From: Candidatus Latescibacterota bacterium
GTDB lineage: Bacteria; Krumholzibacteriota; Krumholzibacteriia; WVZY01; JAKEHA01
DNA: 64,000 bases
Assembly: GCA_963707635.1 (NCBI GenBank)
Contig: OY970173.1
Location: 2,528,001-2,592,000 of the forward strand
Direction of reading: 5' to 3'
The stretch's first letter is position 1; each line of letters starts with the position of its first letter. The position numbers and the translations under genes were made by a program. Below the pieces are notes generated by a model that saw only the letters and a program-made list of their open reading frames with translations, searched no databases and was not told the origin of the DNA. Below, in pieces: positions 46,564-57,489 of this stretch.

Positions 46564-47631
46564 ATGGACCGTACCCACCTTCGAAACCTCCCTCTGGACG
46601 GGCTGCGCGAGCTCATGTCGACCCACGGCGAGCCCGAGTTCCGCTTTCGCCAGCTCGCGACCTGGGTCTACGCCCGGCTCGAAAGCCGCTTCGAGCACAT
46701 GAGCGACCTGCCGCTGGCGCTTCGCTCCGCGCTCGAGCAGTCGCACGAGGTCGCTTCGCTGCGCGTGGCCGCGGTCCAGGAATCCGCCGTCGACGGGACA
46801 CGGAAGTTTCTCTTCGAGCTGCGCGACGGCGGACGCATCGAGTCGGTGTTGATGCGCTATGACAAGCGGACGACGCTGTGCGTTTCGTCGCAGGTCGGCT
46901 GCCCGCTCGACTGCGTCTTCTGCGAGACCGCGAAGGGGAACTTCCTGCGCAACCTCACCGCCGGCGAGATCCTCGACCAGGTCTGCGCGCTCAAGCTGGA
47001 AGCGGGAGATCCGGGGCGCAAGGTCAACGTCGTGTTCATGGGAATGGGAGAGCCGCTGCTCAACCTGGAAGCGCTGGTTGCCGCGATTCGCGTGATGAAC
47101 GACCCGCTCGGGCTCAACCTGGGGGCGAGGCGGATCACGGTGTCGACGTCCAGCTTCCCCGACCGGATTCGCGAGCTCGCGGACAGCGACGCGGCCTGCT
47201 CGCTCGCGTTGTCGCTCAACGCGCCCAACGACGAAACCCGTCGCCGCCTCATGCCGAAGGCGGCGCGCTTCTCCATCGCGGAGCTGCTCGACGCGGCGCG
47301 TTATTTCGCGAGCGCGGGGCGCCGGCGCGTCACACTCGAATACGTCCTCATCCCGGGAATGAACATGAGCGACACCGACGCCGACCAGCTGGGGACGCTC
47401 GCGCACGGGCAGCCGTTCAAGCTCAACCTCATTCCCTACAATCCGGCGCGTCGGGATCCGTTCCCGCGCCCGGCCGAGACGGAGATCGACCGCTTCACCA
47501 CCCGCCTGTTGCCGGTGGCGCCGGCCGTGACCGTGCGCCGCAGCCGCGGCGTCGACATCGACGCCGCGTGCGGGCAACTCTGGAATGCATCACTCGTGGA
47601 AAGAAGAAAGCCTGTGAAAGGGGCAGCCTAG
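46564..47631 (+). CDS. rlmN: 23S rRNA (adenine2503-C2)-methyltransferase RlmN
   Basis: CVSSQVGCPLDCVFC (radical SAM), VFMGMGEPL, DIDAACGQL. Confidence 0.95.
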   Translation: MDRTHLRNLPLDGLRELMSTHGEPEFRFRQLATWVYARLESRFEHMSDLPLALRSALEQSHEVASLRVAAVQESAVDGTRKFLFELRDGGRIESVLMRYDKRTTLCVSSQVGCPLDCVFCETAKGNFLRNLTAGEILDQVCALKLEAGDPGRKVNVVFMGMGEPLLNLEALVAAIRVMNDPLGLNLGARRITVSTSSFPDRIRELADSDAACSLALSLNAPNDETRRRLMPKAARFSIAELLDAARYFASAGRRRVTLEYVLIPGMNMSDTDADQLGTLAHGQPFKLNLIPYNPARRDPFPRPAETEIDRFTTRLLPVAPAVTVRRSRGVDIDAACGQLWNASLVERRKPVKGAA

Positions 47632-47670
47632 CGCGGTTGGGGAGGAAATGGTGCCACCCCCTTCACAGGT

Positions 47671-47698
47671 CGTCGCCCGGGGAGGAGAAGGGGCGACG
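47671..47698. terminator. Hairpin between convergent genes
   Basis: CGTCGCCC…GGGCGACG, no clear U-tract. Confidence 0.35.
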
Positions 47699-47707
47699 TC
47701 GATTCGT

Positions 47708-48766
47708 TTACTTCAGGAGCACCAGCTTCAGCGTCTCCCGTTCGTCGCCCACCTGGATCGACGCGTAATAGGTGTTGCTCGCCACCCGATTCCCGGACTC
47801 GTCGCGGCCGTCCCAGCGCACCACGAAATCACCGGACGCGGAGCCGGAATGGAGGTCGCGCACCAAAGCGCCCGTCACCGCGTACACGCGGATCGAGACC
47901 GGAGCGCCGCGCTCCTGGAACTCGGCCGGCATGGCGATGCGAATCTCGGTTTCCGGATTGAACGGGTTGGGATAGCTGCTCGCGATGACGGCGTGCCTGG
48001 CGACGCCGTCCGGGCGCGCGACGCGCACGTAGAACTCTTCCAGGCCGCCGACGGAATTCGGATTGACCAGCTCGGTGTTCTCCTGCTGGCCGTCGAACGC
48101 GGCGAGCGAGCCGCCAAAGAGCACACGAAAGTCCTCGGCGAAGATCTCCTTGGGGCGGTACGCGTGGGGCGACGACTCGCTGAAGCGGGTCGCGTCGGCG
48201 ATGTTGCGCAGCTGGCGGTACTCGGTCCAAGCCGCGGAACCGTCGGGCATGAAGCGATTGTGGAACGCGTGCCCGAGCTCGTGCGCGACGATGTACTCGC
48301 CGACGGCCGGATCGATCGCGAGCACGTGCGGGGAGAGGAAGATCTCGTTGCCGCTGGTCGAACTGACCAGCAGGTTGCGCCGCGGGTACGGCAGCAGGTA
48401 GACGCGCACGCTCAACCGCATCCACGGGTGCTGAACCGCCCGCAGCGCCTCTTCGACCTGCCCGTCCGTGAAGGGGTGAAACGTCCCGTCGCCTTTGTTG
48501 TAGATCGACGGATCGTTGATGTTGGTGGTGACCGGGACGAGGCGGCCGTCGTCGAGCTGGATGGCGGAGCCCTCGCTCGTGGTCGTGATCCGATCGCTCA
48601 GGTAGTCCGACGGTACGATCGTCGCCGAGAGGCCATTGGGGAGGACGAGGGTTCGGGGCGCCGACGAGGCGAAGCCGGCGGAAGCCTGGACCAACAGAAG
48701 GACCCCGGCAACCGATCCTGCACGGACTGATTGCGATATCCCGGTGATCGTACGGTAAGTACCCAT
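47708..48766 (-). CDS. Secreted zinc metallopeptidase (HExxH) with C-terminal FlgD/T9SS-like domain
   Basis: VAHELGHAF…KEIFAEDF; SYPNPFNP…WDGRDESG…KLVLLK. Confidence 0.85.
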   Translation of the reverse strand: MGTYRTITGISQSVRAGSVAGVLLLVQASAGFASSAPRTLVLPNGLSATIVPSDYLSDRITTTSEGSAIQLDDGRLVPVTTNINDPSIYNKGDGTFHPFTDGQVEEALRAVQHPWMRLSVRVYLLPYPRRNLLVSSTSGNEIFLSPHVLAIDPAVGEYIVAHELGHAFHNRFMPDGSAAWTEYRQLRNIADATRFSESSPHAYRPKEIFAEDFRVLFGGSLAAFDGQQENTELVNPNSVGGLEEFYVRVARPDGVARHAVIASSYPNPFNPETEIRIAMPAEFQERGAPVSIRVYAVTGALVRDLHSGSASGDFVVRWDGRDESGNRVASNTYYASIQVGDERETLKLVLLK

Positions 48767-49031
48767 TTGCCTCCCAACTGGTGAGACTGCAACGGGTATT
48801 CCCCGGGAGCCTGGGCTGGCCGGTGACCAGACGGTTAGCCGCCGGGTGCCCGGGAAGCACTCTTATAACGCCATATATTAAAATAGGTTACTTAGCGTGT
48901 ACGCGACGAGACAGCTTTATTGGATTGGGCCGAATTGCGCGCGCCGATGCGTCACGAACCCGGTGGGAGCACCTGGATGTGGGGGTTTCAAGCAGGCGCG
49001 CGCCCGGCCCCGGGGGTTCACACCCAGCGGG

Positions 49032-50357
49032 CTAGAAGTTGAGGCCGGTCGAGAAGTACGGGCGGATCGTGCCCTCGCGGGTGAAGCCGACGTCCACGCG
49101 GACGACGTCCTGGATGGGCGAAAAGAGGCGGACACCCACGCCGAACCCGCTGTGGAAGTTGTCGAGGGCGAACTCCGGCGGGGTCGTCCACCCAAGGCCC
49201 GTGTCGATGAACGTCACCAGCCCGAACTGGAAGTCGGTGGTTCCGAGAAAGGGCAGCCGGTAGAGCTGTTTCGGCCAGGGCATGATCCGAAGTTCCAGCG
49301 ACTGGATCCAGCGGTGCGCGGAACGGAAGTCGCTGCGTTCGTAGCCGCGGATCGTGGACGGACCGCCGATGCCGAAGCGAAAGTAGTCCGGGTATTCCCC
49401 CATCTGTACGGTCAGGACCGAATGCGCGGCCAGCACCGTATAGGCGTCGAGCGCGTGAAACAACCGGAGGTCGTTGTCGAGGCGGTAGTAGTTCGTCCCC
49501 TGGGTGTCGAAGGCGCGGTTGCCCAGAATATTGACATAGAAATACACGCCCTGCCGGGGCTTCACGGTCCCGTCGCGGTCGTCGAAGCGAAACCCGATCG
49601 AGGGCGAGAGCAGGTTCTCCTCGACGGCGTCAGTGGTGTTCAGGCCGATATGGTTGTTCGCGATCGCCAGCCCGAAAATCAGCTGCGAGAACTTGATTCG
49701 ACTGCGGGTGAGGGGGACGGAGGTGGACAGCTGGGCGCGCGTCTGCTCCATGATGGTGGGCGTCGACGTGGGCTCGTGCCGGTTGAAATAGGAGATCCGT
49801 GAACCGAAGCCGACGTGCTTCCACCCCAGCCAGCTGGTCGACCAACCGGCGGATGCGTTGACATTCTCGCGGTTGTCGCGCACCACATCGACGGAGAGGT
49901 CCTCGAGTCGGCGTCGGAAGTTGCGGTCGTGCCACTTGAGCCCGTAGACCAGGCGCTCGGTGTTGATGTCGTAGTCGAGTACCGGATAGATGAGGTTCAG
50001 GAGCAGCGTCGGGCGTTCGGTCACGACCACGTGCAGCACGCAGCGGTCCTCGCCGACCGGCTCGACGTGGATCGCGACGGTTGCAAACGGGCTCAGGTCG
50101 CCCACGTAGCGCTGGTCGCGGTCGAGCGCGTGCGCGTCGAGCCGTCCGCCGGTCCGCGACTCCATTTCGCGCAGCACGGCGATGGTCTTCACCCGCGAAT
50201 TGCCGTGGACGTAGACGGTGTCGATGCTCCGTCCCTCGGCCCATCGGTACGCGTCGACGTCGAAGCGCTGGGTATCAGCCCGGGACTGCGGGGGGGAAAG
50301 GCCGACCGCGAGGAGCGAAAGCAACAACGTCACGCCACCGGGCACGGGCGACCGCAT
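49032..50357 (-). CDS. BamA/TamA (Omp85) family outer-membrane protein with one POTRA-like domain
   Basis: Signal peptide, VHGNSRVK…LREM POTRA, GGPSTIRGY loop, GFGVGVR, C-terminal Phe. Confidence 0.85.
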   Translation of the reverse strand: MRSPVPGGVTLLLSLLAVGLSPPQSRADTQRFDVDAYRWAEGRSIDTVYVHGNSRVKTIAVLREMESRTGGRLDAHALDRDQRYVGDLSPFATVAIHVEPVGEDRCVLHVVVTERPTLLLNLIYPVLDYDINTERLVYGLKWHDRNFRRRLEDLSVDVVRDNRENVNASAGWSTSWLGWKHVGFGSRISYFNRHEPTSTPTIMEQTRAQLSTSVPLTRSRIKFSQLIFGLAIANNHIGLNTTDAVEENLLSPSIGFRFDDRDGTVKPRQGVYFYVNILGNRAFDTQGTNYYRLDNDLRLFHALDAYTVLAAHSVLTVQMGEYPDYFRFGIGGPSTIRGYERSDFRSAHRWIQSLELRIMPWPKQLYRLPFLGTTDFQFGLVTFIDTGLGWTTPPEFALDNFHSGFGVGVRLFSPIQDVVRVDVGFTREGTIRPYFSTGLNF

Positions 50358-50420
50358 ACGCTACAAGCATACGTCGCGGGCGGCGGGAGCGCGAAAGGAA
50401 TAAATTGCGGATGGGGCCGT

Positions 50421-51581
50421 CTAAGCGGCGGGAGCGCCGGCCGGTTCCGCCGCGACGTACGCGGTTGGGGGCACGGTTCCGACGGGTCGCGAGCCGAACC
50501 GGCTGACGACGATGGCGCCCAGGCCGACGATGTAGGCGAAGAGCCACACCAGCCCGCTCAGCACCTTCATCGTCACCCACAACGGCATCGTGCCTCTGCC
50601 GATCGCGTCGAGCACGAAGGCGATCAATTCTGGGATGCAGAGGATCGCAAGCCCGAGAATCAGCCGGGTGAACACGCCGGCGCCGAGACCCGCGCGATCC
50701 GCGAACACGCGCCCCGTGCTGTAGACGAACGTCGCGCAGGCGATGACGTAGACCCCGACGCAGCTGATCGCCAGGATCGCCGCCAGCGGAATCCCGATGA
50801 CGAAGATGATCAGCGGGATCATCACCATCAGCAGCGCGAACAGCCCGCCGATGGAGGTGAGCACTCCCACCCCGAAGCACCGGAGCAGCCCGGCCGTGAT
50901 GTGGTCGCTCGCCCGCTCCACGCGCGTGCGCAGAAAGAGAATCGTGATGAAGAACAGGACCAGCGCCACGAAGATGGTGATACCGCTCAGGACCGTGCGC
51001 ACCCCCCGGGTGCTCATGTTCAGGTAGTCGCCGATGGTCCCCGCGACCCCGCCGATCAGAATCTTCTCCCCGCGGATGACGACTTCCTCGTCCTCCTCGA
51101 TGGAACCGCCGATTGCGACGATGTCGCCGCGAATCTCGGCGCCGCGTCGCGCCCGGATCTCGCCACCCAGGACGACCACGGAGCCCGCCACCGTTCCCTC
51201 GATGATGGCATTGCCGCCGAAGACGACGATGTCGCCCGCGACCACTTCGTCGCTGGCCACGAAAACGCTCTCGCCTACTTTGACGATGTCCTCGCCGTAG
51301 TCGCCCCGGTCGTCGTTGAAGTCGAAGTCGAAGGTGACGCCCTCGGAGTCGGAATCGGACTCGACCGAGATGCCCTCGTCGTCGATGCGCACGCCGCTTC
51401 CGCCGATGACGATTTTCTTGCGCACCGGCGGTTCCGGCGGCGTGGGCGGCGTGGGGACGCTCACGGATGCGGAATCGGGCGGAGGCGTCGACGCGACGCG
51501 CGTCTTGCGAGCCGACACCGGCGGTGCCGCCAGCGCGATGCACACCAGCGCGAACAGGATGCTAGAAGCTAAACGTCGCAT
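50421..51581 (-). CDS. Membrane protein with exported beta-helix (polymer-forming/bactofilin-like) domain
   Basis: Signal peptide; repeats VAGDIVVFGG, VAGSVVVLGG, IRGDIVAIGG; about five C-terminal TM helices. Confidence 0.75.
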   Translation of the reverse strand: MRRLASSILFALVCIALAAPPVSARKTRVASTPPPDSASVSVPTPPTPPEPPVRKKIVIGGSGVRIDDEGISVESDSDSEGVTFDFDFNDDRGDYGEDIVKVGESVFVASDEVVAGDIVVFGGNAIIEGTVAGSVVVLGGEIRARRGAEIRGDIVAIGGSIEEDEEVVIRGEKILIGGVAGTIGDYLNMSTRGVRTVLSGITIFVALVLFFITILFLRTRVERASDHITAGLLRCFGVGVLTSIGGLFALLMVMIPLIIFVIGIPLAAILAISCVGVYVIACATFVYSTGRVFADRAGLGAGVFTRLILGLAILCIPELIAFVLDAIGRGTMPLWVTMKVLSGLVWLFAYIVGLGAIVVSRFGSRPVGTVPPTAYVAAEPAGAPAA

Positions 51582-52185
51582 GCCCCGAATGCCTCTTTCT
51601 GCGCATGACCACCGACATCGAGTACCCTACGACCCCCACCGCGAGCGCCGCAAGCAGGAACGTGCCGGGAGAAACCAGCGCGCTCGCCGCGTGCGCGACG
51701 GTCTTGGCCGTGCGCGCGTAGGGGTCGAAACTCACCGCCGCCGCCACGCCCCCGGCGGCACCCTGCAGCCACAGCACGCCGCGCGCGACCGCTTCGGTGA
51801 TGCCCGCCAGCGACCCGCGCGTTCCCGTCAGAATGAACCCCACCGGCACATACAACACGGCCACCGCGATCAGCGCCGCGGCCGGATAGCGCACGCGCGC
51901 CGGCAGGCCCAGGAACGCGTCCGTCGCGCGGCGCAGAACCGGGAACCTGGGCTCGTGGACGAGGCCCTCGGCGCGAAGGTGCGCCATCACCGCGACGTTC
52001 AGCCGGCTCGGCGCCTCGAAGCGCGGCATCGCGCGCAGCACGCCGAATACTTCCCGGTACTCGATCACGTCGGCCTCGCACGCGGCGCATTCGGTCACGT
52101 GATAGACGAACTCGTTGCGTTCGAGGTTCGCCAGGCGGCCTTCGAGATACGGCTGGATGAGATTCTTCGCGGTTTCGCAGTTCAT
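51562..52185 (-). CDS. Zinc-binding (zf-HC2) anti-sigma factor
   Basis: MNC…YLEG…HVTECAAC (HxxxCxxC), followed by TM segments. Confidence 0.88.
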   Translation of the reverse strand: MNCETAKNLIQPYLEGRLANLERNEFVYHVTECAACEADVIEYREVFGVLRAMPRFEAPSRLNVAVMAHLRAEGLVHEPRFPVLRRATDAFLGLPARVRYPAAALIAVAVLYVPVGFILTGTRGSLAGITEAVARGVLWLQGAAGGVAAAVSFDPYARTAKTVAHAASALVSPGTFLLAALAVGVVGYSMSVVMRRKRHSGHATFSF

Positions 52186-52192
52186 GGCTCGC

Positions 52193-53311
52193 TCACCGTT
52201 CGGTCTTGGTCGCCGCCTCGTTCTTTTCCGAGATGCCCACGTCGCCGCTCGCGGTTTCGATTGTGATCTGCGCGGTGGCGGTGCCGACGGTCCCCTGCAG
52301 GCGGCGACGGTCGACGCGGCTGACGCGGATCGGGAGGTCGCACTCGATCGAGCCGCTGCTGGTCTGGACGTCGAGGTCGAACCCGTAGTCCTTCACCGGC
52401 AGGTAGGAGAGGTCGATGTCGCCGCTGGAGGCGCTCAGGCGAAACACCCGGCTCCCGACCGGGATGATGAAGGCGCTGATGTCGCCGCTCGAGGTGCTGG
52501 CGTCGACGGCCCCGTCGATCTCCGTCAAGAGCGCGTCTCCGCTCGAGGCCCGGAACCACACGTCGCCGCTGCATCCCTCGAGAATGAAATCGCCGCTCAC
52601 GAGCTCGACCCTGGCGCCGCGCCCGATGCGCGCGGCGCGAAAGTCGCCGCTGGTCCCGTCGACGTCGAGCCGGCCCTTCACGTTGTCGATTACCACATTG
52701 CCGCTGGTCGCCGTCACGGACAAGTCGCCGCCGACGTCGACTATTTCGAGATCCCCGCTGGTGAGGCGGGCAACCACGTTGCCGGCCACACCGTGAATGT
52801 TGACGTCGCCGCTGGTCGCGTCGACTTCCGACTTGCCGCCGATGTTCGACAACCGGATCTCTCCGCTGGTGGTCGAAACGGCCACGTTGAACGCGTAGGG
52901 CACTTCAATTGTATAGTCGATCCACGCCATCCGCCGCGATCCCTTTACGGCCTGGAAAATGGTCCAGCGCCCGTCGTCGGTCCGGTTGCCGTCGCGCGTC
53001 TCGATCACGACTTCGTTGCCGTGCTCGGAGACTTCGCACGAGATCTTGTCGAGCATGGCCTGGGCGTCGGCGTCGTCACGGCCCACGACGACCCGCGTCG
53101 CCAGGATCGAAACCGTGGTCGCGTCGGAGCGCCCGACCACGACCGTGCGTCCGCGCGGGTTCTTCACGGTGAGCTCGGTCTTGCCCGTCCCGGACGCGGT
53201 GAACTTCTCTTCGCGTTCGACCTTGTTGCCGGGATCCGCCTTCAGCGGCGCTACGGCGAGGATACAGCCGAGCGCGGCCAGCGCGGCGATGCGGTGAATC
53301 TTGATGTTCAT
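52193..53311 (-). CDS. DUF4097 beta-strand repeat exported protein
   Basis: Signal peptide; repeated [T/S]SGD[V/I] units. Confidence 0.88.
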   Translation of the reverse strand: MNIKIHRIAALAALGCILAVAPLKADPGNKVEREEKFTASGTGKTELTVKNPRGRTVVVGRSDATTVSILATRVVVGRDDADAQAMLDKISCEVSEHGNEVVIETRDGNRTDDGRWTIFQAVKGSRRMAWIDYTIEVPYAFNVAVSTTSGEIRLSNIGGKSEVDATSGDVNIHGVAGNVVARLTSGDLEIVDVGGDLSVTATSGNVVIDNVKGRLDVDGTSGDFRAARIGRGARVELVSGDFILEGCSGDVWFRASSGDALLTEIDGAVDASTSSGDISAFIIPVGSRVFRLSASSGDIDLSYLPVKDYGFDLDVQTSSGSIECDLPIRVSRVDRRRLQGTVGTATAQITIETASGDVGISEKNEAATKTER

Positions 53312-53372
53312 TTGAGTGCCTCCCTGTTCCCCAGACGACCAGGGACCATTCCTTGCCTATCGCACGGGAATC

Positions 53373-53397
53373 TACGGCCAAACGGTGGCAAAAGTTC
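53373..53397 (-). promoter_or_regulatory. Putative ECF-sigma promoter upstream of the DUF4097 gene
   Basis: Minus strand GAAC-N17-CGTA (GAACTT…CGTAGA). Confidence 0.6.
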
Positions 53398-53486
53398 GCC
53401 CCGGCCAAAACTTTCTTCCCACCCCCACGGGACCCGCCCCGAAGCCGGCACACAAGTCATTATTTTGCATCATACTACGCCCATGG

Positions 53487-54089
53487 TCATTGAAAGAAAT
53501 CCGTTTCGCCCAGTATTCCCTTCAGCATCTCCCGCGCCCGGTGGATCCGGGCCTTGACGGTCCCCAGCGGGATCGAGAGCGACTCGGCGATCTCTTCGTA
53601 CGAGAGGTCCTCCTGGTGGCGCAGGATCAGCATGATCCGGTAGTGCTCCGGCAGCGCGCCGATCGCCGTCTCCAGCCGCTCCATCTTCTCGTTGCGAACC
53701 AGCTCCTCTTCCGGCGTCATGTCGGGCGAGACGTACTGGCGCTGGATCTCGCCCTGTTCGCCGTCGACCGGCGCGTCCATCGCCAGGGTGTGAATCCTGC
53801 GCTTGCGCAGGTGGTCGATGCAGAGGTTCGAGGTGATCTTGAAGAGCCAGCTGGAGAACGCGTACGCCGAGTTGTAGCGATCCAGCGAGGCGAATACCTT
53901 GATGAAGGACTCCTGGGCCAGGTCGGCCGCCTCGTCGCGGTTGCGCACCATGCGCAGGCAGATGGTGAATACTGGGCGTTCGTAGCGTTCGAGGAGCACG
54001 CGGTAGGCGCGCTCCTCGCCCGACCGAGCCCGGGCGACGAGCTGGACGTCCTCTTCTCTGACGGCACGTTTCGCGTCCACAGACGACAT
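53487..54089 (-). CDS. ECF sigma factor (SigW/RpoE-like)
   Basis: DLAQESFIK, FSSWLFKITSNLCIDHLRK, LSYEEIA…GTVKARIHRAR; start uncertain. Confidence 0.92.
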   Translation of the reverse strand: MSSVDAKRAVREEDVQLVARARSGEERAYRVLLERYERPVFTICLRMVRNRDEAADLAQESFIKVFASLDRYNSAYAFSSWLFKITSNLCIDHLRKRRIHTLAMDAPVDGEQGEIQRQYVSPDMTPEEELVRNEKMERLETAIGALPEHYRIMLILRHQEDLSYEEIAESLSIPLGTVKARIHRAREMLKGILGETDFFQ

Positions 54090-54291
54090 CAGGTAGCCAT
54101 GCCGCGCCCGCCACGGGAAGCGGACAGACATACACATGGCGCGATCGCCGATCTGGCGAAGGCGCCGTTCTGACGTTGAGAGGGCGGGTAACGCGCTGCG
54201 GCAGGAGCGCGGCGAGCCGCCGTGACATGCGAGGCCGTTCGGATGATAGTGCGCTCGAAGCAAATGCTACAAGCACTTAGGCTGATTTATG

Positions 54292-54321
54292 TTGACACAT
54301 TTTGGGGTACATTTCTAGAGT
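54292..54321 (+). promoter_or_regulatory. Putative sigma70 promoter of eno
   Basis: TTGACA-N18-TAGAGT. Confidence 0.6.
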
Positions 54322-54405
54322 CTGTTCGCTCTTCAATCAACAATTCAGACGACTGCGGTCCCGAAGAGGCGCCCGAGGCGGACGCCCGCATCGCGCCCGG
54401 GGTGA

Positions 54406-55692
<1,287 letters not shown>

Positions 55693-55713
55693 AGACACCG
55701 AGGAGGCTTGAAC

Positions 55714-56169
55714 ATGCGGTACTGGGAAGCCGACCGGGAGAATACCATCGAGTCTCGCGAGGAGACGTTTCGCGATTTTCGGCCGCGCCCTCGCGCGAGT
55801 ACGTCGGGTTCGGTGGTGATGAGCGGCGGCAGCGTGGGCCCGTTTCTCCGGCGCTTCTACCGCCACCAGGTGGTCGTGAGCGGGCCGGTGCAGCGCTTCT
55901 TTCTGTTCCTCCTGCTCGCCGGCTTGATCTACGCCTTCGTCCTGGGAGACGGCGGCGCGATCCGGATCACGATGTTGCGACACGAGCGTTCGAGCCTCGA
56001 CCGGCACCTGGCCGAGCTGGCACACAACGCGGCGCTCCTCGAGACCGAAGTCGCACGCATGGACAACGATCCCTTCTATATCGAGAAGACCGGCCGGGAG
56101 CGCTACGGCTACATCCGCCCCGGCGACAAGGTCGTCAAGATCGTCACGCCGGAACAGGCCTCGGACTGA
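55714..56169 (+). CDS. ftsB: Septum formation initiator FtsB/DivIC family
   Basis: TM + coiled coil + DPFYIEKTGRERYGYIRPGD; follows eno as in many bacteria. The true start may be further downstream. Confidence 0.8.
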   Translation: MRYWEADRENTIESREETFRDFRPRPRASTSGSVVMSGGSVGPFLRRFYRHQVVVSGPVQRFFLFLLLAGLIYAFVLGDGGAIRITMLRHERSSLDRHLAELAHNAALLETEVARMDNDPFYIEKTGRERYGYIRPGDKVVKIVTPEQASD

Positions 56170-56175
56170 TCCGCG

Positions 56176-56430
56176 CTACAAATCCTCACCCCACGACGCC
56201 AGGATGCGGCGCTTCTTGGCTTCGTCGAAATCCTGGCCGTAGAACCGGAGAAACACGTACTTGCGCATGTGCGCCTCTGCCCCCGCGCCATGCTCGGCGG
56301 CAATTCCCGCGCGTGCCAGGGCCTTTGCGGCATCGAACATTCCACCCGCCATCGCGAAGCGCTCCTCGGGTGAGCGTGCCGCCATCAACGCGCGCATTCG
56401 TGCATCGGCTTGCGCGCCGGTGTCCTTCAT
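56176..56430 (-). CDS. Small hypothetical protein, partner of the nucleotidyltransferase
   Basis: MKDT…RSPEERFAMA…FLRFYG; ATGA overlap with the upstream gene; GGAG RBS. Confidence 0.7.
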   Translation of the reverse strand: MKDTGAQADARMRALMAARSPEERFAMAGGMFDAAKALARAGIAAEHGAGAEAHMRKYVFLRFYGQDFDEAKKRRILASWGEDL

Positions 56431-56972
56431 CTCCGCACCTCTTCAAGCAGAGTCGATACGTCGAGCGCGGCAGCCCAGCGGACCAAGTACGGCCAGTCCA
56501 GGTCGAACACGGTCGTCACGAGCGACCGGACATCGCGAAGCTGGAGCTCAGAGCCCGATGCCTTGCACCATGACAGCTTGGAGAGGACGAGGTCTTCCGG
56601 CGAGACGACAGATATCGAGGAGCCCGCGATGTCCACTGTTCTTCGACGACTGAACTCGAGCCGGCGATACTCATCGTCTTTGCGGACGATGAAATCGGCT
56701 TTGACGATCCACTCGTTGTGGACAATGTTGAATATCGACTGGTGAATCACCGCGTCCCGTATCTCATCTTCATCCACGTAGCAATCGCCTTCGAACAGCT
56801 TGACGATCCGCGCGGCGTCTTCCGGCCCGCATTCGACGACCAGATCGATGTCACGTGTCATTCTGGGCATCGCGTAGACCGCCAGCGCCATGGAACCGGT
56901 CATCATGTAGGAGATGCCGGCGGACTGTAGTCTCGACCCGATCAACTTCGCAAAGCGAATCTGATCATCCAT
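56427..56972 (-). CDS. Pol-beta-superfamily nucleotidyltransferase (DUF6036/AbiEii-like)
   Basis: GSMALAVY…PRMTRDIDLVV (GS…DxD), KADF, SPEDLVLSKL. Confidence 0.8.
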   Translation of the reverse strand: MDDQIRFAKLIGSRLQSAGISYMMTGSMALAVYAMPRMTRDIDLVVECGPEDAARIVKLFEGDCYVDEDEIRDAVIHQSIFNIVHNEWIVKADFIVRKDDEYRRLEFSRRRTVDIAGSSISVVSPEDLVLSKLSWCKASGSELQLRDVRSLVTTVFDLDWPYLVRWAAALDVSTLLEEVRR

Positions 56973-57082
56973 CCGGACATACTATCACGATGATGGCCGA
57001 TCGGTCCGCGGGGTCGAACTTCACTGGGAACACGCTCTGGGCGCTCGCGTTCGGGGCGCCCCTTTCCTATCGTCTTTCGAGC

Positions 57083-57110
57083 TTGACTTCGTTTCAAGAT
57101 ACGATATTAT
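57083..57110 (+). promoter_or_regulatory. sigma70 promoter of tRNA
   Basis: TTGACT-N16-TATTAT. Confidence 0.6.
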
Positions 57111-57126
57111 CCGGACTCAGCATTGT

Positions 57127-57203
<77 letters not shown>

Positions 57204-57212
57204 ACCTAAAAG

Positions 57213-57249
57213 ATTCCCGGTGCCGAGGCAGCTCGGCGCCGGGAATTTT
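57213..57249 (+). terminator. Rho-independent terminator after tRNA
   Basis: ATTCCCGGTGCCGAG-GCAG-CTCGGCGCCGGGAAT-TTT. Confidence 0.85.
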
Positions 57250-57252
57250 CGT

Positions 57253-57411
57253 ATGTGGCAGCGTGACGATTGCCCGTCTGCGATCCGCAATCATGAGGTC
57301 GACTGGGATGGGACGAATGATCGCGGGGAACGAGTGCCGTCGGGGATTTACTTCTGCAAGGTCGCGACGGCGGCGGGCGTTGTTGTCGGACGACTGGTGT
57401 TGATACGGTAG
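57253..57411 (+). pseudogene. Remnant of a FlgD/T9SS-like C-terminal domain
   Basis: HEVDWDGTNDRGERVPSGIYFCKV…GRLVLIR* matches the last third of the sorting domains seen elsewhere in the window; no N-terminal part and no RBS. Confidence 0.7.
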
Positions 57412-57489
57412 GGCCGGGAGCAAGATGCTGACAGCCCACAAGAGATGTCATTGTAGATCGTGCCTGGCTTGATCACACCGGGCCAGCGT

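Noticed and set aside
47640..47660. TGGCAC on the minus strand after rlmN
   Set aside because: No TTGC at -12 spacing and no gene in a suitable position.
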